DNA of 64,000 nt from Bacillota bacterium (lineage in GTDB: Bacteria > Bacillota > Sulfobacillia > JAIMAT01), in NCBI GenBank assembly GCA_029961055.1, contig JASBVM010000048.1:5600-69599 (forward strand), in the 5' to 3' direction. Positions 1-11,014 of the stretch are shown here, piece after piece (positions within the stretch are counted from its first letter, which is position 1; each line of letters starts with the position of its first letter). A program made the translations under genes and the position numbers. Under the pieces are notes generated by a model. That model saw only the letters and a list, made by a program, of their open reading frames with translations. It did not search any database and was not told the origin of the DNA.

Positions 1-212
1 AGCACCTCGACCAGCTTCTCGAGCTGGCGGCGGAGCCGCTCCCGGTCGCGCTCGTCCCCCTTGCAGACCAACGTGATCCGCGACACCGTGGCATCCTCCG
101 TGGGCCCGACCGCCAGGCTCTCGATGTTGAAGCCGCGCCGGCTCACCAGGGAGGCGACCCTGGCCAACACCCCGGGCTCGTTCTCGACCCTCACCGCCAG
201 CGTGAACTCCAT
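1..212 (-). CDS. ilvN: Acetolactate synthase small (regulatory) subunit, ACT domain; runs off window start
   Basis: Manual translation [40 protein letters not shown]...; GAGG RBS upstream; not in ORF track. Confidence 0.9.
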   Translation of the reverse strand, partial: MEFTLAVRVENEPGVLARVASLVSRRGFNIESLAVGPTEDATVSRITLVCKGDERDRERLRRQLEKLVEV

Positions 213-275
213 GGCCTCACCCCCTTTCCGCCCGTTCCGGCTCTCCGGCCCCCGGCGCGACTCCCCGCCGGGGCG

Positions 276-570
276 AAAAAAAGACCCCGCCCCTTGAAGG
301 GGCGAGGTCTCTCGCGCCTCGCGGTACCACCCTTGTTCGCGGAGGATCGCGCCTCCGCCTCTCTTCCCGGTAACGGCCCGGTGTGTCCGGGTCGGCGCGC
401 CCTACTTTCGCCCGCCTCCGGCCCGCTTCCGCACGGAGCGGAACGCCCGGTCGGGGCGGGGATGGTTCGAGCGCGCGGCTCGGGACGGAGGGCTCGTGCC
501 TGGCGGAACCGGTTCGCAGCAAGCCCGGCTCTCTGTCTCCGCCGGCGGCACGCGCGCGGTCCCTCATCGC
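276..570 (-). ncRNA. T-box riboswitch leader, probable Leu (CUC) specifier, with intrinsic terminator
   Basis: Minus strand AAGGGTGGTACCGCG (320-334); terminator GAGACCTCGCCCCTTCAAGGGGCGGGGTCTTTTTTT (276-312); stem I with AGAGAG and GCTG motifs; CTC at 488-490 in the internal loop. Confidence 0.9.
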
Positions 571-631
571 CTGGGATACGGTCGATTGTGGCGGGTGCGG
601 GGCGGCCGGTTCCGGCCGGTTGTTGGCAGCG

Positions 632-661
632 ATGCTATCCAAGCGGTTGTCAGGAAGTCAA
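632..661 (-). promoter_or_regulatory. Putative sigma-A promoter for T-box/ilvN
   Basis: TTGACT-18 nt-TAGCAT on minus strand upstream of stem I. Confidence 0.5.
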
Positions 662-940
662 GGGGACGAAGCGGCGAATCCGCCCGAAAACGCAGCTCAA
701 AGCAACCAAAGGGGCGCCTTTCGCCCTCTAGACCGTCCGGACTTGTGAATGGGCGAACTGCCTCGGGCGGATCGGAGCCGGCGCGGGAGCGGGGCGGCCA
801 AGAAGAGGGCCGGCGCGGTGAGGCGCGGAGGCAGGAGTCCCGCCGCAGACTCCGTATACCTACCACCATCTCCGCGTCACCGGCCGGCCTCCGGCGCTCG
901 TCCCCCTTGCGAGCTCGCGACGCGGAGAGGAGGCTGGCGC

Positions 941-2404
941 ATGCCAGCGCGGACGCTCTTCGAGAAACTCTGGGAAAGCCATGTGGTGGAGGAGGAGCCC
1001 AGCGGGCAGGCGCTCCTCTACGTGGACCTGCACCTGGTCCACGAAGTCACCTCGCCCCAGGCCTTCGAGGGGCTGCGCCGGGCCGGTCGTCGCGTGCGGC
1101 GACCCGACCTGACGGTGGCCACGATCGACCACAACGTGCCCACGGAGCCCGGCCTCCTGACGCCCGACCGGATCGCCGATCCCGTCTCCCGGCGCCAGGT
1201 GGAGGCGTTGGCGGCCAACTGCCGGGAGTTCGGGGTGCCCCTCTTCGGCCTTGAGAGTCCCGACCGGGGGATCGTCCACGTCATCGGGCCGGAGCTGGGC
1301 CTCACGCAGCCCGGCAAGCTGATCGTCTGCGGCGACAGCCATACCGCTACCCACGGTGCCTTCGGGGCGCTCGCCTTCGGCATCGGTACCAGCGAGGTGG
1401 AGCACGTGCTGGCGACCCAGACCCTCTGGCAGCGCCGCCCGCGGACGATGGAGGTCCGCCTCGAGGGACGCCTCGCCCCCGGTGTCACCGCCAAGGACCT
1501 GATCCTCGCCTTCATCGGGCGCCACGGGCCGCGGGTGGGGCAGGGCTACGCCATCGAGTTCACCGGGCCCGTGGTGGAGGCGATGACCATGGAGGAGCGG
1601 ATGACGCTCTGCAACATGGCCATCGAGGCCGGGGCGCGGGTGGGCCTGGTGGCTCCGGACGAGACCACCTTCGCCTACCTGCGCGGGAGGCGCTTCGCCC
1701 CCCAGGGCCGCGCCCGGGAGGAGGCGCTCTCCCACTGGAGGGCGCTGCGCAGCGACCCGGGGGCGCGCTACGACCGGAGTCTCACCTTCGACGCCTCCGG
1801 GGTGGCGCCGCAGGTGACCTGGGGAACCCACCCGGGCATGACCGTGGCGGTGACGGAGGCGGTCCCCGACCCCCGCGCCCTCGAGGATCCCGTGGAGCGG
1901 GCGGCGGCCGAGCGGGCCCTCGCCTACATGGGGCTCGAGCCGGGTACGCCGGTGGAATCGATCCGGGTCGACCGGGTCTTCATCGGCTCCTGCACCAACG
2001 CCCGCCTGGAGGATCTGCGCGCGGCGGCGGCGGTGGCGCGGGGGCGGCGGGTGGCCCCGGGGGTGCGCGCCATGGTGGTGCCCGGCTCGGAGGGCGTCCG
2101 CCGGCGGGCGGAGGCGGAGGGGCTCGACCGCGTCTTCCTGGAGGCGGGCTTCGAGTGGCGCGCCTCCGGTTGCTCGCTCTGCCTCGGCATGAACCCCGAC
2201 GTCCTCCGGCCCGGCGAGCGCGCCGCCTCCACCTCCAACCGGAACTTCGAGGGCCGCCAGGGACGGGGCGGCCGGACCCATCTGGTCAGCCCGGCGATGG
2301 CGGCGGCAGCGGCCGTCGCCGGTCACTTCGTCGACGTGCGCCGCTGGCTGGACGGCGGGGAGAGCGGCCGGGCCGCGACGGCGGCCAGGGAGGCGGGTGC
2401 CTGA
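941..2404 (+). CDS. leuC: 3-isopropylmalate dehydratase large subunit
   Basis: [42 protein letters not shown]; GGAGG RBS before ATG 941. Confidence 0.97.
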   Translation: MPARTLFEKLWESHVVEEEPSGQALLYVDLHLVHEVTSPQAFEGLRRAGRRVRRPDLTVATIDHNVPTEPGLLTPDRIADPVSRRQVEALAANCREFGVPLFGLESPDRGIVHVIGPELGLTQPGKLIVCGDSHTATHGAFGALAFGIGTSEVEHVLATQTLWQRRPRTMEVRLEGRLAPGVTAKDLILAFIGRHGPRVGQGYAIEFTGPVVEAMTMEERMTLCNMAIEAGARVGLVAPDETTFAYLRGRRFAPQGRAREEALSHWRALRSDPGARYDRSLTFDASGVAPQVTWGTHPGMTVAVTEAVPDPRALEDPVERAAAERALAYMGLEPGTPVESIRVDRVFIGSCTNARLEDLRAAAAVARGRRVAPGVRAMVVPGSEGVRRRAEAEGLDRVFLEAGFEWRASGCSLCLGMNPDVLRPGERAASTSNRNFEGRQGRGGRTHLVSPAMAAAAAVAGHFVDVRRWLDGGESGRAATAAREAGA

Positions 2405-3056
2405 TGGAGCGCTTCACCCGGCACACCGGGCTGGTGGCGCCGCTCGACCGTCCCAACGTGGACACGGACGCCATCATCCCCAAGCAGTTCCTGAAACGGA
2501 TCGAGCGGACGGGTTACGGGCCCTTCCTCTTCCACGACTGGCGCTACCGGCCGGACGGCTCGCCCGATCCGGACTTCGTCCTCAACCAGCCCCGCTACCA
2601 GGGGGCCACCATTCTTCTGGCGCGGGAGAACTTCGGCTGCGGCTCCAGCCGCGAACACGCGCCCTGGGCGCTCCAGCAGTACGGCTTCCGGGCGATCGTG
2701 GCGCCCAGCTTCGCCGACATCTTCGAGGCCAACTGCCTGCAGAACGGGCTCCTGCCCGTCCGGCTGGAACCCGAGGCGGTGGAGGAGCTCTTCCGCCGGA
2801 CCGGTGACCAGCCCGGCTACCAGCTGACGGTCGACCTGGAACGGGAGGAGGTCCGCGACGCCTCCGGCTTCGTCGCCGCCTTCCGCGTCGATCCGGAGAG
2901 GAGGCGGCGGTTGCTGGAGGGAGTGGACGACATCGACGTGACGCTCGCGCGGGAGGCGGCCATCGCCGCCTTCGAGGCGCGGCGGCCGAGCTGGTCGGAG
3001 ATCGCTTGGGCGGCGGCCGGGGAGGCCGCCGGCCCGGGACGGGGGGGACGGGAAGC

Positions 3057-3060
<4 letters not shown>
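2404..3060 (+). CDS. leuD: 3-isopropylmalate dehydratase small subunit
   Basis: [27 protein letters not shown]; TGATG coupling with leuC. Confidence 0.96.
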
Positions 3061-4793
<1,733 letters not shown>

Positions 4794-4805
4794 GGGGGAG
4801 AGGCT

Positions 4806-5498
4806 TTGACGGGCGGAGGGCGCGGTACCGCCGCCGGCGGAGGGACAGGCCGGCTGGAGCGGCTGCTGGGCGGGCAGCGGGTGATCGCCGCCGTGCGGAC
4901 GGCGCGCGAGTTCCAGCGCGCGCTGTCCGCGCCGCCGCGCCTCATCTTCCTCCTGGAGAGCCGGCTGGTGCAGCTCCCGGGCCTGGTCCGGGAGGCGCAC
5001 GGGGCGGGCAAGGCGCTCTTCGTCCATGGCGACCGCGTGGAGGGACTCAGCCCCGACGAGGCAGGGGTCGACTTCCTGGCCACCAGCGTGGTCCCCGACG
5101 GGCTCATCTCCACCCACCCGGCGGTCATCGCCGCCGCCCGGGCGCGGAGGCTGCAGGCCGTCCAGCGGGTCTTCGCCCTGGACAGCGCCGGCTTGGCCTC
5201 CGCCCGGCGGTTGGCGGCACAGGGAGAGGCGGACGCGGTGGAGATCCTGCCGGGTCTGCTTCCTCGCGTGGTCGCGCGCTTCGCGCGGGAGATGGGGCGG
5301 CCGGTCATCACCGGCGGTTTGCTGGAGAGCCGCGAGGACGTGGAGGCGGCGCTGGCGGCCGGGGCTCGTGCCGTCTCCGCCAGCTCGGAGGCGATCTGGC
5401 AACTGGCGGACGAAATGGAGAAAGAGCGTTTCGGTCACCGGGAGGAGTCGGCCGTGGAGGGACGAATAGAGGGTCTCACAACCAGTTCCGATTCGTGA
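4806..5498 (+). CDS. glpP: Glycerol-3-phosphate-responsive antiterminator
   Basis: DGLISTH, QRVFALDS, VEILPG, PVITGGL; directly upstream of glpFK. Confidence 0.9.
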   Translation: MTGGGRGTAAGGGTGRLERLLGGQRVIAAVRTAREFQRALSAPPRLIFLLESRLVQLPGLVREAHGAGKALFVHGDRVEGLSPDEAGVDFLATSVVPDGLISTHPAVIAAARARRLQAVQRVFALDSAGLASARRLAAQGEADAVEILPGLLPRVVARFAREMGRPVITGGLLESREDVEAALAAGARAVSASSEAIWQLADEMEKERFGHREESAVEGRIEGLTTSSDS

Positions 5499-5519
5499 TC
5501 GGAGCGACGGGCAGAGAGG

Positions 5520-5588
5520 GAGAGGTCCCGCCGCGCGTGCCTGGCATCGTCGGTGCCGGGCCGGGTGGCCGCGGGGCCTCTCTTCGTT
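5520..5588 (+). terminator. Leader hairpin 1 upstream of glpF (candidate GlpP-controlled terminator)
   Basis: GAGAGGTCCCGC (5520-5531) pairs with GCGGGGCCTCTC (5571-5582), inner hairpin, weak TTCGTT tail. Confidence 0.6.
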
Positions 5589-5630
5589 ACGTCCGCGCGA
5601 GAAGTCCCGCGATCCGGACCGGCAGGTGGG

Positions 5631-5667
5631 AGGGCCGCCAGGCGATGCGTGGCGGCCCTTTTCTGTT
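5631..5667 (+). terminator. Leader hairpin 2 upstream of glpF (intrinsic terminator)
   Basis: AGGGCCGCCA / TGGCGGCCCT perfect 10-bp stem followed by TTTCTGTT. Confidence 0.7.
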
Positions 5668-5780
5668 GGGCTTGGCGGGCATCGTGGCACACACCCAGTC
5701 CGCCCGGGGAGGGGGTGAGCGGCGAGGGGGCGGGTGGACCCGAGCCCGAGGCCAAAGACGCGGCATGCTCGTGGGAGGCG

Positions 5781-6500
5781 ATGATGCACGTGTCACCCTA
5801 CCTGGCCGAGTTCGTCGGTACGGCCATCCTGATCGTGCTGGGCGACGGCGTGGTAGCGAACGTCCTTCTGAATCGGTCGAAGGGACAGAACGGCGGCTGG
5901 ATGGTGATCACCACAGGGTGGGCCCTGGCCGTGGCGATCGCCGTCTACGCGGTCGGCTGGATCAGCGGCGCGCACATCAACCCTGCCGTCACCGTGGCCC
6001 TGGCCGCCATCGGCAGGTTCCCCTGGTCGGAGGTGCCGGGCTACATCGTGGCGCAGGTGCTCGGCGCCTTTGCGGGCGCGGTCCTCGTCTGGCTCGCCTA
6101 CCTGCCGCACTGGGGTGAGACGGCCGATCCCGACCTGAAGCTGGCGGTCTTCTCCACCATGCCCGCCGTGCGCAACTACCCCCTCAACTTCCTGACCGAG
6201 GTGATCGGCACGGCCGTGCTCGTCCTGGGCGTCCTGTTCATCCCCGACCGGCACAACGCCATCGGGGGCGGCCTGGTGCCGCTGCTGATCGGCGTCCTCG
6301 TATGGGCGATCGGCCTCTCGCTGGGCGGTCCCACCGGCTACGCCATCAACCCGGCCCGCGACTTCGGCCCGCGCCTGGCGCACGCCGTCCTTCCCATCCC
6401 GGGCAAGCGCGACTCGGACTGGGCCTACGCCTGGATACCGATCGTGGCCCCCCTGGTGGGCGGCGTCCTGGGCGCGCTGCTCTTCCATGCCATCTGGTGA
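5781..6500 (+). CDS. glpF: Glycerol uptake facilitator (MIP/aquaglyceroporin)
   Basis: [10 protein letters not shown] and [13 protein letters not shown]; GGGAGG RBS (start 5781 or 5784). Confidence 0.96.
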   Translation: MMHVSPYLAEFVGTAILIVLGDGVVANVLLNRSKGQNGGWMVITTGWALAVAIAVYAVGWISGAHINPAVTVALAAIGRFPWSEVPGYIVAQVLGAFAGAVLVWLAYLPHWGETADPDLKLAVFSTMPAVRNYPLNFLTEVIGTAVLVLGVLFIPDRHNAIGGGLVPLLIGVLVWAIGLSLGGPTGYAINPARDFGPRLAHAVLPIPGKRDSDWAYAWIPIVAPLVGGVLGALLFHAIW

Positions 6501-6510
6501 GGTGATGTCG

Positions 6511-8007
6511 ATGTCAGGCAAGTACGTCCTGGCGCTGGACCAGGGAACCACCAGCTCGCGCGCCATCGTCTTCGACCCCGACGGCCGCGTGGTGGGCATG
6601 AGTCAGAAGGAGTTCCGCCAGATCTTCCCCCAGCCCGGCTGGGTGGAGCACGACCCCGAGGAGATCTGGCAGAGCCAGCTGGAGACCGCCCAGGAAGCGT
6701 TGCGGAAGGCGCTGATCGAGCCCTCGGACCTGGCGGCCATCGGGATCACCAACCAGCGCGAGACCACCATCCTCTGGGACCGCGGCACCGGCAAGCCGGT
6801 GACGAACGCCATCGTCTGGCAGGACCGGCGGACGGCGCCCATCTGCGACCGGCTGCGGGAGGAGGGTCGGACCGAGTGGTTCCGCGAGAAGACCGGCCTG
6901 GTGGTCGACGCCTACTTCTCCGGCACCAAGGTGCAGTGGATCCTGGACCACGTGCCGGGTGCCCGCGAGCGGGCGGAACGGGGCGAGCTGGCCTTCGGCA
7001 CCGTCGACAGCTGGCTCATCTGGAAGCTGACCGGAGGAAGGGTGCACGCGACCGACTACTCCAACGCCTCCCGCACCCTCCTCTACAACATCCGCGAGCT
7101 CCGCTGGGACGAGGAGATCCTGCGCGAGCTGCGCATCCCGGCCTCGCTCCTCCCGGAGGTGAAGCCCTCCAGCGGTCGCTTCGGCGAGACGGACCCGGGC
7201 CTCCTCGGCGCCGCCATCCCCATCACCGGGGTCGCCGGTGACCAGCAGGCGGCCCTCTTCGGGCAGGGCTGCTACGAGCCGGGCATGGCCAAGAACACGT
7301 ACGGCACCGGCTCCTTCGTGCTGCTCAACACCGGCGAGCAGCCCGTCCCCTCGGCCCACGGGCTGGTGACCACCATCGCCTGGGGACTCGGCGGCCGGGT
7401 GGTCTACGCTCTGGAGGGGAGCATCTTCGTCACCGGTGCGGCCGTCCAGTGGCTCCGCGACCAGCTGGGCATCGTCCGGACCGCGGCCGAGACCGAGGAG
7501 CTGGCCAGGTCGGTGGAGGACACCGGCGGCGTCTACCTGGTCCCGGCCTTCGTCGGCCTGGGTGCGCCGTACTGGGACGCCTACGCCCGCGGGACGTTGA
7601 TCGGCGTCACCCGGGGTACCGGGCGCGCCGAGATCGCTCGCGCCACGCTCGAGTCCATCGCCTACCAGAGCCGCGACGTGCTCCAGGCGATGGTGGAGGA
7701 TGCGCGCCAGCCGCTGAAGAGCCTGCGCGTGGACGGCGGCGCGTCGATGAACAACTTCCTGATGCAGTTCCAGGCCGACATCCTGGACGTGCCCATCCTG
7801 CGGCCGGTGATCGCCGAGACCACCGCCCTGGGGGCCGCCTACCTGGCAGGACTGGCGGCGGGCGTCTGGGAAGACGTGGACGAGCTGGCGGCGAAGTGGC
7901 AGGTGGACCGCCGCTTCGAGCCCTCCATGCCCGAGGAGCGCCGGCAGGCGCTGCTGGAGGGCTGGCGGCGAGCGGTGGAGCGGGCCCGGGGGTGGGCGAG
8001 CGCCTAG
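6511..8007 (+). CDS. glpK: Glycerol kinase
   Basis: [42 protein letters not shown]. Confidence 0.97.
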   Translation: MSGKYVLALDQGTTSSRAIVFDPDGRVVGMSQKEFRQIFPQPGWVEHDPEEIWQSQLETAQEALRKALIEPSDLAAIGITNQRETTILWDRGTGKPVTNAIVWQDRRTAPICDRLREEGRTEWFREKTGLVVDAYFSGTKVQWILDHVPGARERAERGELAFGTVDSWLIWKLTGGRVHATDYSNASRTLLYNIRELRWDEEILRELRIPASLLPEVKPSSGRFGETDPGLLGAAIPITGVAGDQQAALFGQGCYEPGMAKNTYGTGSFVLLNTGEQPVPSAHGLVTTIAWGLGGRVVYALEGSIFVTGAAVQWLRDQLGIVRTAAETEELARSVEDTGGVYLVPAFVGLGAPYWDAYARGTLIGVTRGTGRAEIARATLESIAYQSRDVLQAMVEDARQPLKSLRVDGGASMNNFLMQFQADILDVPILRPVIAETTALGAAYLAGLAAGVWEDVDELAAKWQVDRRFEPSMPEERRQALLEGWRRAVERARGWASA

Positions 8008-8078
8008 ACCTGGCCCGCCACCCGAACACAGGGAGAAAGCGGGGTATCAAGGCGACGAGATCCGATCCGGTCGAGCAG

Positions 8079-10205
8079 GTGAAGGGACGCTCGGAGGGGG
8101 AGCCGGTGGTGGTGATCGGCGCCGGCTCCACCGGCGCGGCGCTGGCCTACGACCTGGCGCTGCGCGGGCTGCCGGTGCTGGTGCTGGAGCGGGGCGAGCC
8201 CGGCTCCGGCACCACCGGCCGGAACCACGCCCTGCTCCACTCCGGCGCCCGGTACGTGGTCAGCGACCCGGAGTCGGCCCGGGAGTGCGCCGTCGAGAAC
8301 CGCATCCTGCGCAGGATCGCGCCGGAGGTGGTGGAGCGGAACGGCGGCCTCTTCATCGCCCTGGACGAGGAGGATCTGGCCTACCGGCCGCGCTTCCTGG
8401 AGGCGGCGGAGGCGGCGGGTGTCCCGGCGCGGGAGATCACGCCCGAGCAGGCGCTGGCGCTGGAGCCCGAGCTCAACCCCGGGCTGAAGGCGGCGGTCCA
8501 GGTCGAGGACGCGGCGATGGACCCCTACCGGCTGGTCCTGGCCTGGCTGGCCAGCGCCGAGGCCTACGGCGCGGTGGTGCGGCCCTACTCGGAGGTGACC
8601 GGGGTCCGGGTGGAAGCCGGCCGCGTGCGGGGGCTGGAGGTTCACGACCTCCGCTCCGGGCGGCTCTACTTCCAGCCTGCAGCCCTGGTGGTCAACGCGG
8701 CCGGGCCCTGGGCCGGGCGGGTCGCGGCGCTGGCCGGCGTCCGCGTTCCCGTCGTGCCCAGCCCGGGGGTGATGGTGGCCACCGCCGTCCGGCTCAACCG
8801 GCGGGTGGTCAACCGCCTCCGCCGTCCGGGGGACGGCGACATCATCGTCCCCCAGCGGCAGGCGTCGCTGATCGGGACCACTTCCTGGACGGTGGAGGAG
8901 CCGGACCTGCTGGAGGTGCCACCCGAGCACGTGGCGCTGCTGATCGAGCAGGGAGCGCAGCTGATCCCCGCCGTCCGGGGCGCCCCCCTGCGCGCCGCCT
9001 TCGTGGCGGCGCGGCCGCTGGTGGCCGGCAACGTGGAGGAGAGCGGGCGGGAGATCTCGCGGACCTTCCAGACGTTCGACCACGAGAGCCGGGACGGCGT
9101 GCGCGGGCTGATCACCATCGCCGGCGGCAAGACCACCACCTCGCGGGCCATGGCCGAGGCGGCGGCCGACCTGGTCTGCCGGAGGCTGGGGTTCGAGGCG
9201 CCCTGCCGGACGGCGGAGCTGCCGCTCCGGAGCTACCGCCTCTACCGGCCGGCGCCGCCCGTGGAGTCGGGGAGGAGCCACCGGCCGGAGGGGCGACCCG
9301 GTCCGGGGGTGCGGCCCCGCAGCGCCGCGGCTCTGGCGGGCCCGCTCCCGGCACCGGCGTCCCGGGGGGCCCGCCCCTATCCGGTCCGCCTCCGCCTGCG
9401 GCGGAGCCCCCGCCTGGGCGGCGGGGGCGGCGAGGGCGAGAAGGGCGACGAGGGGAGAGCCCGGTTCGAGGAGGTGAGCGTGGAGGACGCATCGGGGGAG
9501 ACGCTCCTCGACCTTCTGGAGCGGCTCCGCTTCGGTCCCGTGCCGGACCTGGTCTACCGGGCGTCCTGCCATCACGCCAACTGCGGCAGCTGCGCGGTGG
9601 AGGCGAACGGCGTGGAACGGCTCGCCTGCGTCGCCCGGGTGGAGGACCTGGTGCCGCCGGGAGGACTTCTGACGCTGGAGCCGCTCGGCTCCCTGCCCTG
9701 GGTCGCCGACCTGGTGGCCGACCTGAGCCCCCTCCGGGCGCGGCTGGCGGGGTTGGAGGCGCCCCCCAAGGCCGTCCTGGAGGGGCCCGGGGGCGGCGAC
9801 GCAGGGGAGCCGGGGGGCGAACGCTTCCCGGACTGCATCGAGTGCGGCGCCTGCCTGGCAGCCTGCCCGGTGGTGGCGAGCGATCCGGCGTACCTGGGGC
9901 CGGCTCCGCTGGCGGCCGCCCTGCGCGCGGTCGGCCAGGCGGCGACCCCCGCGGAGGCGGCCGCGCGGCTGGCGGCCGTGGACGGTCCCGAAGGCGTCTG
10001 GCGCTGTCACCAGGCCTTCGAGTGCAGCGAGGTCTGCCCCGCCCACGTCGACCCGGCGGGGGCGATCCTGGCGCTCCGGCGTCTCTCGGCGCGGCGGCAC
10101 CTGGGCCTGGGCGCCCGCCTGGAGCCGCGGGCGCCGGAGCCGCTTCTGGCGGAGGAGGGCGGCCGGGGCGGGGGCGGCCCGGCAGAGAGGAGGTCCCGCC
10201 CGTGA
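8079..10205 (+). CDS. Fusion of GlpA-like FAD-dependent glycerol-3-phosphate dehydrogenase domain and SdhB/FrdB-like Fe-S domain (about 708 aa; start uncertain, 8079 or 8106)
   Basis: N-half IGAGSTG, GTTGRNHALLHSGARY, NAAGPW, GDGDIIVP, GGKTTT, PCRTAELPL; C-half SCHHANCGSC...LAC, CIECGACLAACP, CHQAFECSEVCP; single uninterrupted frame. Confidence 0.88.
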   Translation: MKGRSEGEPVVVIGAGSTGAALAYDLALRGLPVLVLERGEPGSGTTGRNHALLHSGARYVVSDPESARECAVENRILRRIAPEVVERNGGLFIALDEEDLAYRPRFLEAAEAAGVPAREITPEQALALEPELNPGLKAAVQVEDAAMDPYRLVLAWLASAEAYGAVVRPYSEVTGVRVEAGRVRGLEVHDLRSGRLYFQPAALVVNAAGPWAGRVAALAGVRVPVVPSPGVMVATAVRLNRRVVNRLRRPGDGDIIVPQRQASLIGTTSWTVEEPDLLEVPPEHVALLIEQGAQLIPAVRGAPLRAAFVAARPLVAGNVEESGREISRTFQTFDHESRDGVRGLITIAGGKTTTSRAMAEAAADLVCRRLGFEAPCRTAELPLRSYRLYRPAPPVESGRSHRPEGRPGPGVRPRSAAALAGPLPAPASRGARPYPVRLRLRRSPRLGGGGGEGEKGDEGRARFEEVSVEDASGETLLDLLERLRFGPVPDLVYRASCHHANCGSCAVEANGVERLACVARVEDLVPPGGLLTLEPLGSLPWVADLVADLSPLRARLAGLEAPPKAVLEGPGGGDAGEPGGERFPDCIECGACLAACPVVASDPAYLGPAPLAAALRAVGQAATPAEAAARLAAVDGPEGVWRCHQAFECSEVCPAHVDPAGAILALRRLSARRHLGLGARLEPRAPEPLLAEEGGRGGGGPAERRSRP

Positions 10206-10597
10206 GCGCGCGGGAGTGGCGGCGCTGGTTCGCTCCCCGGCGGCGGGCGCTGGGCAGCTGGGCCTTCGCCCTCAACCGCTTCAGCGGCCTTCTCCTGGCC
10301 GCCTACCTGCTGGTCCACCTCGGCGTCCTCAGCCTCCTCCGCCGGCAGAGCGACAGCTACGACGCCTTCGTCCACGCCGTCAGCTCACCGCCGGCCCTGG
10401 TGGCCGACCTCCTGCTGGTGGCGGTCGCCCTGGGGCATGGGCTCAACGGCGTGCGGCTGATCGCCCTGGGGCTCGGCGCCCGGCCCGAGCGGCAGAAGCT
10501 CTGGTTCTGGGGGCTGATGGCGGTGGGCGTCCTTCTCTTCGCCTACGCGGGCTACCGCATGCTGGGGCCGGTCATGGCGGCGGGGGTGAGCGGATGA
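10202..10597 (+). CDS. SdhC-like cytochrome b membrane anchor (131 aa, about 3 TM)
   Basis: WAFALNRFSGLLLAAYLLVHL and GHGLNGVRLI match the SdhC pattern; GAGGAGG RBS; GTGA overlap with upstream fusion. Confidence 0.85.
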   Translation: MSAREWRRWFAPRRRALGSWAFALNRFSGLLLAAYLLVHLGVLSLLRRQSDSYDAFVHAVSSPPALVADLLLVAVALGHGLNGVRLIALGLGARPERQKLWFWGLMAVGVLLFAYAGYRMLGPVMAAGVSG

Positions 10598-10941
10598 ACC
10601 ACTCGTACTCCGCATGGGGTTGGATTCTGCAGGCCGTCTCGGGAGCGCTGCTCCTCTTCTTCCTGGGGGAGCACATCGTCATCAACCACTTCTCCGGGCT
10701 GCTCACCCGGGCGGAGGTGATCGGCCACCTGCGCAACCCCTGGTGGTGGGTGGTGGAGAGCGGCTTCCTGGTGACGGTCACCTTCCACGCGCTGGCGGGC
10801 ATCCGGGCCGTCCTCTTCGACCTGGGTCTCGACGCCGGCTGGCGACGGCGGGTGACGCTGGGAGCATGGCTGTTGGGCGCGCTGATGGTGGGCTACGGGC
10901 TCTGGCTGACCTGGGGCCTGGTGGCGCAGGGCGGCGCCTGA
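10594..10941 (+). CDS. SdhD-like membrane anchor (115 aa, about 3 TM)
   Basis: WILQAVSGALLLFFLGEH and TFHALAGIRAVLFD match the SdhD pattern; ATGA overlap. Confidence 0.85.
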   Translation: MNHSYSAWGWILQAVSGALLLFFLGEHIVINHFSGLLTRAEVIGHLRNPWWWVVESGFLVTVTFHALAGIRAVLFDLGLDAGWRRRVTLGAWLLGALMVGYGLWLTWGLVAQGGA

Positions 10942-11014
10942 ACACCGGTGGACCGCCCGCGCCGGCGGTCGGCCGCGGGCGCCGCCAGGCGCGATGAAAG
11001 GGAGGGTGGCAGGG

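Noticed and set aside
9378-10941. Calling the Fe-S domain and anchors a second succinate dehydrogenase or fumarate reductase
   Set aside because: No SdhA/FrdA in the cluster; the fused flavin domain has GlpA/DAO motifs and lacks the SdhA covalent-FAD and HPT motifs.
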